A DNA stretch of 64,000 nt from Cyanophyceae cyanobacterium (lineage in GTDB: Bacteria; Cyanobacteriota; Cyanobacteriia; Cyanobacteriales; JBHJGN01). Below are positions 30,605 to 39,338 of this stretch, in pieces (the stretch's first letter is position 1; each line of letters begins with the position of its first letter). The notes under the pieces are model-generated. The model did no database searches. It was not told the DNA's origin and worked only from the letters and a program-made list of their open reading frames with translations. The position numbers and the translations under genes are program-made. The stretch covers positions 96,001-160,000 of the forward strand of contig JBHJGN010000004.1 of the NCBI GenBank assembly GCA_050331735.1, written 5' to 3'.

Positions 30605-31069
30605 TCAACGGATAGTATACTTCTGTCGATAACTGCTCCAGCTTTGGAGAGCACCGAGTTGAGTTATCACTTCTAGTTGATTCAGTTCATACCACCACTC
30701 CACAATCTTGCCCTGGGAAATCCGCAGCAGATTGATACCGTTGACATTTACCTGTTTACCCGTTGGGGGAATTCCCATGAACTCTCCTGTATGAGTACCC
30801 TTCAGAGTCGCGCGAAAGACAACCCGATTGCCTTCAGCAATAACGTCTTCTACAGTTTGCTGAATATCGGGAAATCCTTGAAATAGACTCGCGTTAAATT
30901 TCTTGTTCGCTTCGAGTTCCACGATTGGCTCAGACCAGCTACAAAAGTGCAGAACTATATCTTCGGCGACCAATTCATCCCAAACTTTTTCCCACCCGTC
31001 TACATTACCCCAGCCTTGCTCGGCAAAGCGGAGAGCAATAGACTTGTTTTGTTCGATTAAAGTATTCAT
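30605..31069 (-). CDS. SnoaL-like ester cyclase (NTF2 fold)
   Basis: FPDIQQTVEDVIAEGNRV, GTHTGEFMGIPPTGKQV, GKIVEWW. Confidence 0.9.
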   Translation of the reverse strand: MNTLIEQNKSIALRFAEQGWGNVDGWEKVWDELVAEDIVLHFCSWSEPIVELEANKKFNASLFQGFPDIQQTVEDVIAEGNRVVFRATLKGTHTGEFMGIPPTGKQVNVNGINLLRISQGKIVEWWYELNQLEVITQLGALQSWSSYRQKYTIR

Positions 31070-31171
31070 GAGTATCTCCTGGTATCAAAGTAATACCATT
31101 GACCGAAAGTAGTCAGATAGTTCCTTAAACTAACCAAGCATTGGAGGTTCAAGGGCAAAGAGCTGCTGTGC

Positions 31172-31205
31172 TTCCCTTTGCCCTTTCCCCCTTCCCCTTT
31201 CCCCC
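31172..31205 (-). repeat. Purine-rich GGGG-AAA short tandem repeat (STRR-like)
   Basis: Plus strand TTCCCTTTGCCCTTTCCCCCTTCCCCTTTCCCCC. Confidence 0.6.
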
Positions 31206-31358
31206 AACTCATCAAGTCTCCTATTACTTTTTCTAATTGGTGTAAGATAAATCCAGACTCGCAATGCTGGCTTGTCAGTTTGCTTGAGTCTATATAAGTG
31301 GCTGACGATTTTTTGTTGATATCTCCAGTATCAGGTGCGATCTAATTAGCTGTCTTCA

Positions 31359-31390
31359 AAGTTCTTGCTTTATCTTTCTAAGTTCTTGCT
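31359..31390 (-). promoter_or_regulatory. Tandem direct repeat, candidate AraC-family operator
   Basis: AGCAAGAACTT twice on the minus strand with a 21-bp period (31380-31390, 31359-31369). Confidence 0.6.
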
Positions 31391-32276
31391 ATTGGCGCAG
31401 AAACTTCTTTGGCGTTGTTCCAACAAAGCGCTTGAAGTGATAGTTCAAATGTCCCTGACTGGTGAAGCCTACAGTTTGGGCAACTTCAGCAATTTCTAAT
31501 CCCTTCAGAAGTAACTGCTTAGCACGCTCAACGCGGCACTGAACATGATAGCGATGGGGCGAAACTCCAGTAGATTTCTTAAAGAGATGAGCAAAATGCC
31601 AAGAACTCAGTTGAACAACAGCAGCCAGTTCAGCCAAGCTGAGATTTTTCTCTAGATGCTCGTGGATATAGTTAATGACCTGCTGTAAATCTTGTTTAGA
31701 TAGTCCTCCCGCATAGCACTGAATCGTCTGTTCTCTTGTAGAATATCGAGACAGCAGATGAACTGCTAAGGCGTTTGCCATCATATCGGCATAGAGACGA
31801 CTTCCTACATTCGTTTCTAGTGCAGATTTTAGTGCCAGAGCAATCTGTTGAATGAGCGGATCGAAAAATGCCAATTTTGGCGGCAGTTCACAATGAGCGC
31901 TCCCCCAAGTTCCCTCATCTACCAGTGCGAGGAGTGTTGGCTCAAAATCGAGGAGCAAAACTTTAGCTTCTCGATCCCACCCCACTGACTGATTCATATT
32001 GGCAGGATAAAGACTGAGAGCGCCAGGGAGCGAATGAGTCAGCGAAAAACACCCATCGACTGACTGCTCTAGCAGAACAGCATCGCCAACATTAAGACAA
32101 ATACTGTGATGAGGGGAGTAATGTTTAGGGAGGCGATGCGGAGGCAGATGGTAAAGGGCCAGATGAATACTATCCCAGCCTGCGGAGTGGCTAGAAGCGA
32201 CAGGCTTGCAAGGGAGAACCGAGAGTAGAGTATCTTCCTGGGTAAAATCGACAAATAAAGATTTTTCCTTCGACAT
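31389..32276 (-). CDS. AraC family transcriptional regulator
   Basis: LSLAELAAVVQLSSWHFAHLFKKSTGVSPHRY, IAEVAQTVGFTSQGHLNYHFKRFVGTTPKKF. Confidence 0.95.
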   Translation of the reverse strand: MSKEKSLFVDFTQEDTLLSVLPCKPVASSHSAGWDSIHLALYHLPPHRLPKHYSPHHSICLNVGDAVLLEQSVDGCFSLTHSLPGALSLYPANMNQSVGWDREAKVLLLDFEPTLLALVDEGTWGSAHCELPPKLAFFDPLIQQIALALKSALETNVGSRLYADMMANALAVHLLSRYSTREQTIQCYAGGLSKQDLQQVINYIHEHLEKNLSLAELAAVVQLSSWHFAHLFKKSTGVSPHRYHVQCRVERAKQLLLKGLEIAEVAQTVGFTSQGHLNYHFKRFVGTTPKKFLRQ

Positions 32277-32354
32277 CCCTTAATCTCGTCAAATTGCGTA
32301 CTATTGACTTTTTCTAGTTGTGTTTCTTACATCTATACCCTACCCAATAACGGG

Positions 32355-33581
32355 TCAACCTATCTGCATCACCTCTACTCGCTCTCCTGCTGCAATGCAC
32401 GTTTGCCCGACAGGGACGACGGCTAGACTGTTAGTTTGAGCCAAATTAATTAGATTACCAGAGCTATGAGAGCCACCTGCTAGCTCAAAGTGGTAATTTC
32501 CTTTGACTAATCGTAGCTGTCCCCATAGGTAAGTTTCTCGTTTTCCGCCGGAGCGTAGTTCAGAAAGCGATCGCGCTTCGACAAACTGCGGTTGCCATGC
32601 CGTCAGCCCAGCCAGCTTTTTGAGCGCTGGTAGCACGAAGCGCCAGCAGCTCACTAGAGCCGAAACCGGATTGCCTGGTAGCCCAAAGTACAGGCAGCCA
32701 TTCGGGAAAGCGGCTACAGTTAACGGTTTTCCCGGCTTAACCGCAACGCTACGGATATGAATCTCGCCGCCTAACTCCGCCAGTACTTGCTCAACGTAGT
32801 CGTAATCACCGACAGAAACACCGCCAGTCGAGAGTACTATATCCGCGTCAGCAATAGCATTTTGGATTGCCTCTTGCAGTGCCGCTCTCTGGTCAGGAAT
32901 AATCCCCAATCTTATCGGCAAGCCACCATGCTCAGCAACCAAGGTTCCCAACGCCACTTGATTAGAGTCAACAATTTGCCCTGGCTGTAACTTTTGTTCG
33001 GGGGAGACGAGTTCATCTCCGGTAGAAAGGATGGCCACGCGAGGACGGCGATAGACCGTAATTTCGGTTTGTTGAACACTAGCTAAGACGGCGATTTGTG
33101 AAGCGTGAAGAGGAACACCCGGCATCAATAGTGGTTCACCCGCTCGATAAAACTCTCCTTGATGTCTGACAAACTCCCCAGGCTGCGGAGCTGTTAACAC
33201 TTTGACCTTTTCTGCCTCTCGCTGAGTGTTTTCCTGAATAACGATAGTGTCTGCTCCTTCTGGAAGCATTGCTCCGGTAAAGATTCGCGCGGCTTGGCCA
33301 GTTTGCAGGAGCTGTTGGGGCACACAGCCTGCCGCAATTTCTTCAACAACTTTTAAAACCGCCGGAGCTTCAGCACTTGCTGCGTTGACGTCTGCATATC
33401 TCACGGCATACCCATCCATTGCTGAGTTATCCCAGTGAGGGATGTCAAGTTTGCCTGCCACTGGCATTGCAAGCACTCGACCGCTAGCATCGTCAATCGC
33501 GACAGTTTCAAAATCGCTCTGGCGACATAACGGATTCAATAAACCTAAAATAATCGATTCAGCCTGCTTAGCTGGAAGCAT
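32355..33581 (-). CDS. moeA: Molybdopterin molybdotransferase MoeA
   Basis: NSAMDGYAV, IFTGAMLPEGAD, STGDEL, GGVSVGDYD, KPGKP, GLPGNPVS. Confidence 0.95.
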   Translation of the reverse strand: MLPAKQAESIILGLLNPLCRQSDFETVAIDDASGRVLAMPVAGKLDIPHWDNSAMDGYAVRYADVNAASAEAPAVLKVVEEIAAGCVPQQLLQTGQAARIFTGAMLPEGADTIVIQENTQREAEKVKVLTAPQPGEFVRHQGEFYRAGEPLLMPGVPLHASQIAVLASVQQTEITVYRRPRVAILSTGDELVSPEQKLQPGQIVDSNQVALGTLVAEHGGLPIRLGIIPDQRAALQEAIQNAIADADIVLSTGGVSVGDYDYVEQVLAELGGEIHIRSVAVKPGKPLTVAAFPNGCLYFGLPGNPVSALVSCWRFVLPALKKLAGLTAWQPQFVEARSLSELRSGGKRETYLWGQLRLVKGNYHFELAGGSHSSGNLINLAQTNSLAVVPVGQTCIAAGERVEVMQIG

Positions 33582-33679
33582 GCTCGTTAACCAAGATTCA
33601 CTCATAAAAATCAACTCTAGCAGGCGCTAGAGTTGATCGAGATGCTTTTAGCAGCATTTTCTGCCCTTTGCTAATGGAA

Positions 33680-34462
33680 TTAACTTTTACACTTACGCCG
33701 TCTGTACGATACTCCTAAAGCACTAACTCCTGCTAAAGCGAGCAGAGACGTCGGCTCAGGAATTTCGGCGCTGGAAACTTCCTCAGCCATTGTAATTGGC
33801 CCAACTCTCATGTCGAGAGCGTCAGGCCCTTCAAAGGTAAATTGAACGGCGCCAACGTCCGTTAAATCGATTCCCTCAAACTGATCGAAGGCAAAAAATG
33901 CCTCTCTGGGAGTACCGTCATCAATAATTTCCTCATTGAAGTCAAGGGTTACGCTTGACATCTGGTCTCCAGAATAAATCGCTGCCGTAATGAAAAATGG
34001 ATTCCGATCGGCCTCAATAATGTTCAAGCCAAAGCCAGTTGCTCCATCCGCCGTGAGATCCAAGCCCTCTAAGCCCATTGTGTCTAGCTCTGAAGAGTTG
34101 TCTTGACCGTCGTAAGTTAGCTGTAGCTTGGACTTGATACCGGTGTCGTTGTTAAACCTCATGATTCCGTCAAAGACATCCGCTGCGGCTCCTGATTGGG
34201 GGGAAACATCCTCCCGAGATTCGATTTCCAAATACAGATCTCGATATCCTCCCAAAATAGTATCTGGAAAGTCTGCCGTTTCACTAAATGCCGTATCGTT
34301 ACCAGATTCAAAGGCATCAGCGCGAATAAACTGATTCGGGTTGGTCGGGTCGACAAATTCATCCATAAACGAGGCTGCACTAGCGCTGCCTGCGTAAAGC
34401 ACCACCGCCCCCGTCAGTAGCCTTAATAAGTTTTTATAACTCTTAATCATTACTGTTTGCAC
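33680..34462 (-). CDS. PEP-CTERM sorting domain protein (secreted, acidic)
   Basis: Signal peptide ending ASA-ASF; C-terminal IPEPTSLLALAGVSALGVSYRRRK; alternative start at 34450. Confidence 0.9.
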   Translation of the reverse strand: MQTVMIKSYKNLLRLLTGAVVLYAGSASAASFMDEFVDPTNPNQFIRADAFESGNDTAFSETADFPDTILGGYRDLYLEIESREDVSPQSGAAADVFDGIMRFNNDTGIKSKLQLTYDGQDNSSELDTMGLEGLDLTADGATGFGLNIIEADRNPFFITAAIYSGDQMSSVTLDFNEEIIDDGTPREAFFAFDQFEGIDLTDVGAVQFTFEGPDALDMRVGPITMAEEVSSAEIPEPTSLLALAGVSALGVSYRRRKCKS

Positions 34463-34641
34463 TTTTAAACCTAATTGCTCACTAACATTTTTAGCTCAGA
34501 ATTCGGGGAAATGAAACAACTTTACCGAATCTTTAAAAAAAGCACAATCCTTTGGTCCCTATTCCTTGCTTATGTCTGAACATTAGCAAGAACGTAGAAT
34601 GTTAGCAGTGATATTAATGACACTTTTTTCTTTTCTGGATC

Positions 34642-35181
34642 ATGGCTACCCAACGATCTCTTCCTGAGCGTCCTCCTCAAGTTCCCGCAGAAAAACGTGC
34701 CGGGGCGTTTTTGCTCGATTTTATCACAGTTTGGCTGCTCAGTTCGTTTGTAAGTGCTGGGCTAGTCCGCGGGCTAATCTTTATCGTTGCCTGGTTTGGA
34801 CTGCGGACAATCTTAGTCGAATCCAATCAAGGTCAAAGCTTAGGACGATGGGCGTTCAACATGAAAGTCGTTGACGTTCGCTTTAATAAAGTTCCTGGGT
34901 TATTGCCGTTGGCTAAGCGTGAGGGAGTTGTTGGTTTGGCGGCTCTTTTAGCGATGACTGGTTTAAATATTGCTTTTATCAATCCTTTGTCGATGCTGAT
35001 TTTAGTTTTGCCTCTCCTTGCCGATTGCGGTATCGCTTTCACCGATGAACTTAATCAGGCTTTTCATGACCGTCTGGCTGATACTATGGTTATTCCGGCT
35101 CGTCGGGGTTTTTTCCTTGACTTTAAACTGAAGCAATTGTGGAATCAATTAAAATATTCCTTAAGTAAACGGACCAAATAA
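34642..35181 (+). CDS. RDD family membrane protein
   Basis: KRAGAFLLDF, GQSLGRWAFNMKVVD, QAFHDRLADT. Confidence 0.88.
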   Translation: MATQRSLPERPPQVPAEKRAGAFLLDFITVWLLSSFVSAGLVRGLIFIVAWFGLRTILVESNQGQSLGRWAFNMKVVDVRFNKVPGLLPLAKREGVVGLAALLAMTGLNIAFINPLSMLILVLPLLADCGIAFTDELNQAFHDRLADTMVIPARRGFFLDFKLKQLWNQLKYSLSKRTK

Positions 35182-35325
35182 CCAAATAAACGTCTCCTCA
35201 AGGTCAGCAGTCGCTTACTTTTCGGTCAGAGTCACAGTGATTGCCTCTTGCAAAGTCAGGGAAAATATGAGAAGATAAACGATTGTGTCAACGCAAGCAA
35301 AACGAAGTAAAAACGGACAACCGTT

Positions 35326-35520
35326 ATGGCAAGTAAGAAAGGGGTCAGAATTATTATTAACCTAGAGTGTACTGAGTGCCGCAGCAATCTTAACAAGAGA
35401 TCTCCAGGAGTTAATCGCTATACGACAACGAAGAATCGGCGGAATACCACCGGGAGATTAGAACTGAAAAAGTTTTGCACTCACTGCAATCAGCACACCG
35501 TTCACAAAGAAATTAAGTAG
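35326..35520 (+). CDS. rpmG: 50S ribosomal protein L33 (Zn-binding C+ form)
   Basis: [35 protein letters not shown]. Confidence 0.97.
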   Translation: MASKKGVRIIINLECTECRSNLNKRSPGVNRYTTTKNRRNTTGRLELKKFCTHCNQHTVHKEIK

Positions 35521-35567
35521 CGTTGTGCTCTAGGTCAGCACCAATTTATGAGGAAACAAGCCAAGAT

Positions 35568-35783
35568 ATGCCTTACTACCGCAAGCGCCTTTCCCCAATC
35601 AAACCAGGCGATCCCATCGATTATAAAGACGTAGAGCTGTTGCGTAAGTTTATTACCGAACGAGGAAAACTTTTACCTCGGCGCATTACCGGGTTAACGG
35701 CTCAGCAGCAGCGAGATTTAACGCTTGCAGTCAAGCGCGCTCGGATTCTAGCAATGCTGCCGTTTGTCAACCAGGAAGGATAA
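35568..35783 (+). CDS. rpsR: 30S ribosomal protein S18
   Basis: [39 protein letters not shown]. Confidence 0.97.
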   Translation: MPYYRKRLSPIKPGDPIDYKDVELLRKFITERGKLLPRRITGLTAQQQRDLTLAVKRARILAMLPFVNQEG

Positions 35784-35873
35784 GCTCAAGAGGAACCTTG
35801 CTGGCTGTTGATGCTCACTCGGCAGGCAAACTGAGGTAGAACGGTATAGGGATCTGTTTAAAGCGCAACGCTG

Positions 35874-37880
35874 GTGGAAAAAGGAACACTAATAGAATTT
35901 AGACAACACGGGGAACGACGTCTGGCAGTGACAGAGCGTCCAGAGGGCAAAAAAGATTGGCTCGTTATTGACGAGCAGGGGCAAACATACAAGCTAAGAC
36001 CTCAACGAGTTGAATTTGAAATTGGTGGTTCCTACAGGCCAGCAGACATTCCTAGCTTTATTGAAAAAGTCCGGTCCTACTTAGATTCTTCCAGTTTGGA
36101 GGTAGCGTGGGAGCTATTAGTCGAAGATGGCAGTGCCGTATCCGTTGCTGATATGGCTCAGCTTTTGTACTCGGAGCAAAATCCGATTCTCTGCTACGCT
36201 GCTCATTCTCTTCTATGTGAGGACAAAGTTTACTTTAAGAAAAAGGGAGACCTGTATGAACCTCGCTCTGCTAGCCAAGTCGAGGAAATCAGCCATCAGC
36301 TTGAAGTAGAGGCTCAGCGAGTCCAAGAGAAAGCCGCATTTTCAGCTCGTCTACAGCAAGCGTTAGCTGGAGAAGCGGTGGAGTGGACATCGAGCGATCG
36401 CTCTCGATTAGAAGCGGTGGAGAAGTTTGTTCTCAACCCCGAGCAGGGAACCAAAGCGCGAGACGTTTTAGCCACAGCCGAGCGCTCACCAACGGCTCAA
36501 GAGGCTTTTGAACTTCTAATCGAGATAGGATGGTGGAGCAAACACGAAAACCTTTTCCTGCGACGCAGTTCCTATCCGATTAACTTTCCTCAAAAGGTAC
36601 TTGAAGTGGCGCAGCAACGTCTTCAATCTTCTCGCGATCCCGACTGCGATCGCCTCGATCTGACTCATCTTAAGGTTTACACCGTTGATGACGAAAGTAC
36701 GGCAGAAATAGATGACGGTTTGAGCATTGAAGTTGGGGAAGCAAGCAGCTGCCTCTGGATTCATATTGCCGATCCAAGTCGCCTCGTTTCCCCAGGAGAC
36801 GAGCTAGATCTAGAGGCGCGCCGCCGCAGTACCAGTCTGTACTTGCCGACCGGAATGATTTCTATGTTTCCTTCAGAACTGGCTACCGGACCGATGAGTC
36901 TAGTCCAGGGCCAAATCTGTCCCGCTCTCAGTTTTGGAGTCGTTCTCGATGAAGCCGGAGCTGTCCAAAGCTACAGAATTCACGCGACTCTCATCAAGCC
37001 GACTTATCGATTGACCTACGACGACGTAGACGAAATGCTCCAGCTGGGAATTCAGGCAGAGCCAGAAATTTCTCGGCTAGCAACTGAAGCCGAAAAACGG
37101 CGAGCATGGCGACACTCGCAAGGCTCGGTCAGTATTCACATGCCAGAATCTTCGATTAAAGTAGAAGCCAACGATCAGGTGGTGATTAACCTGCTCAACG
37201 ATTCCCAAGCACGCCAGCTCGTTGCCGAAATGATGATTTTGGCCGGGGAAGTTGCTGGCCGTTACTGCCAAGAGCATAATGTGCCTGTTCCATTTCGCGG
37301 GCAGCCCCAGCCCGATTTGCCCTCCGAGCAACAACTCGTTCAGCTACCGGCAGGTCCGGTGCGTTTCTGTGCGCTGCGACGCTGTATGCCGCGCAGCGAA
37401 ATGAGTATTACCCCAAGTCGTCATGCTGGTCTCGGCTTGGAAACCTACTCTCAGGCCACCTCGCCGATTCGCCGCTACACCGATCTGCTCACTCATTTTC
37501 AGCTTAAGGCTCATTTACGAGGCGATGCTCTGCCTTTCTCCCGGGAGGAAATGCAGGAAATTCTTTACAGCGTTGTGGCTTCAGCCTACGAAGCGACTCT
37601 AGTAGAGCGGCAAACCAATCGATATTGGGCGCTGGAATATTTGCGACAGCACCCCAAGCAAGTTTGGCAGGTATTGGTTCTGCGCTGGTTGCGCGAAGAC
37701 GAGCGTCTGGCCTTGATTTTAATTGAAGATTTAGGATTAGAATTACCCCATCGCTTTGAACGAGCAGTATCTCTTGGCGATCGCTTACAGGTTCAGGTGG
37801 GCTACGTCGATCCGCGCCGTGACGAAATTCGCTTTCAGGAACTCACCGATCAAGAAATGCCCTCGTCTGCCATTGGCTAG
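35874..37880 (+). CDS. RNase II/R family exoribonuclease (RNB domain)
   Basis: TVDDESTAEIDDGLS, IHIADP, HAGLGL, TSPIRRYTDL. Confidence 0.92.
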   Translation: MEKGTLIEFRQHGERRLAVTERPEGKKDWLVIDEQGQTYKLRPQRVEFEIGGSYRPADIPSFIEKVRSYLDSSSLEVAWELLVEDGSAVSVADMAQLLYSEQNPILCYAAHSLLCEDKVYFKKKGDLYEPRSASQVEEISHQLEVEAQRVQEKAAFSARLQQALAGEAVEWTSSDRSRLEAVEKFVLNPEQGTKARDVLATAERSPTAQEAFELLIEIGWWSKHENLFLRRSSYPINFPQKVLEVAQQRLQSSRDPDCDRLDLTHLKVYTVDDESTAEIDDGLSIEVGEASSCLWIHIADPSRLVSPGDELDLEARRRSTSLYLPTGMISMFPSELATGPMSLVQGQICPALSFGVVLDEAGAVQSYRIHATLIKPTYRLTYDDVDEMLQLGIQAEPEISRLATEAEKRRAWRHSQGSVSIHMPESSIKVEANDQVVINLLNDSQARQLVAEMMILAGEVAGRYCQEHNVPVPFRGQPQPDLPSEQQLVQLPAGPVRFCALRRCMPRSEMSITPSRHAGLGLETYSQATSPIRRYTDLLTHFQLKAHLRGDALPFSREEMQEILYSVVASAYEATLVERQTNRYWALEYLRQHPKQVWQVLVLRWLREDERLALILIEDLGLELPHRFERAVSLGDRLQVQVGYVDPRRDEIRFQELTDQEMPSSAIG

Positions 37881-37910
37881 TTTAATTCTGTAGTAGCTGC
37901 GGAGGAAAGC

Positions 37911-38261
37911 ATGAACAGAGTCGCTCAATTTATCCCTCGCCAAATTGTTTGCTTAGAGTCAACACAGGCATGCCTATACAGCGAGGTGATTCAGGTTGTT
38001 GCTTCACGCCATCTCTGCTGGGTACGCCCACTTCTCCTCGCCATGACTGCCAGTACGCCGCCGGACACTATTGACTTGCGCTGTACCTCAGATCTACTTT
38101 GGCCTCTGGAACGGTTTCGTGCTGCTCTAGATACAGAAGTAATTTCTTTGCTAATGTCCGTGAAGCAGTCTCCGAGACAGGATAAGCAGCTACAGGCTCA
38201 GAATCAGCTCAACGAATTTGTCAAGCAGCTTTGGTTAGCCAATTCATCTCCCACTACTTAA
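37911..38261 (+). CDS. Hypothetical protein
   Basis: ATG after GGAGG; LYSEVIQ, CWVRPL, SDLLWP..FRAALDTEVI pattern. Confidence 0.7.
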   Translation: MNRVAQFIPRQIVCLESTQACLYSEVIQVVASRHLCWVRPLLLAMTASTPPDTIDLRCTSDLLWPLERFRAALDTEVISLLMSVKQSPRQDKQLQAQNQLNEFVKQLWLANSSPTT

Positions 38262-38452
38262 GGACTAGGGACAAGCTGAACTCTACCAGCATCCATTTCT
38301 GCCATCAGCAGCTCGAGTGCTTCATAATCTACGTCGGAAATATAGCCCATTTGGGTTAGTTCAGTATTAATAGCGTTTTCTATCTCAGGTGTTAGTCGAC
38401 GAATATAGAGAGCTTTCTCGACAAGTTGGCGTATGGCGTAAGTCATTTTCAT
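38258..38452 (-). CDS. Small hypothetical protein
   Basis: 64-aa helical ORF IRQLVEKAL...LTPEIE...DYEALELLM. Confidence 0.7.
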   Translation of the reverse strand: MKMTYAIRQLVEKALYIRRLTPEIENAINTELTQMGYISDVDYEALELLMAEMDAGRVQLVPSP

Positions 38453-38902
38453 GGCGGCCTAGATATTACCCTAGCATAAAAATTTTGTTAGCTAAATTGA
38501 CGGCATCTATGTACAGTATCCCCTCAACGAAAGTTTTTTTAGAGAGGACTATTCCAGTTTTAAATCTGTCCCTGATTTGTTCACCCAGCTTTGGTAACGC
38601 ACCTTACTGACTCTCTCAGAATCTCAGATAGACTATTAGTCAACATCTTCCCCTGGTTAGGGACTTTCATGGGCTCTATTTTTTTAATTCGCTGTTTCTG
38701 ACTGCTGGGATGAGCCAGGATTTGCACTCGGTAGATTGGCTAGAAGAAAACACAAGCGAATTTTTTGACGAGGATTTTTCTAGCTGGAATACCCAAAGAG
38801 TAAGATTCCTCTACAGGAATAGTCAATCCGTGAATCCACGGTTTGTGACTGCGAACCAAGTAGACAAGACAAATGTTATTCGGTGTATTCTTGGAGAAAA
38901 AA

Positions 38903-39247
38903 ATGAACGGTAACTTGAGCAACAATATTGCTGTTTTCGCACCAAGCGGCTATATTACTGCGGCCAATGCTAATGAGTTTGAACAAGAATTGAGGACTGT
39001 TGCAAGTCAAGCAGGCTTAGTGCTCTTGGTAGACATGAGCCAGGTAGAATTTCTAGACAGCTCAGGTTTAGTCAAGCTTGTCTCGGTTTTTCGTCAGCGA
39101 CAAAGCCGAGGACAACGCCTTAGCCTTTGCTCTATTACGCCCTCGGTACGGATTGTTTTTGAGTTAACGGGACTAGACAAAGTTTTTGAAATTTTCAACA
39201 ATCGCTGTGATTTTGACCGCACCATCGCTCAGCCAGTAGCGGCATAA
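38903..39247 (+). CDS. STAS domain protein (anti-sigma factor antagonist)
   Basis: VDMSQVEFLDSSGLVKLV, VRIVFELTGLDKVFEIF; ATG after GGAG. Confidence 0.9.
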   Translation: MNGNLSNNIAVFAPSGYITAANANEFEQELRTVASQAGLVLLVDMSQVEFLDSSGLVKLVSVFRQRQSRGQRLSLCSITPSVRIVFELTGLDKVFEIFNNRCDFDRTIAQPVAA

Positions 39248-39338
39248 AACAGTTAACAACCAGCGGTCTCTCAAGTAGAATCTGCAATTGGCTATAGTGA
39301 TAAAAGCGCACTACAGCTAATTGCGGGAGGACTGCCGC

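Noticed and set aside
38710..38925. Two short opposing ORFs upstream of the STAS gene
   Set aside because: No supporting features; probably promoter region
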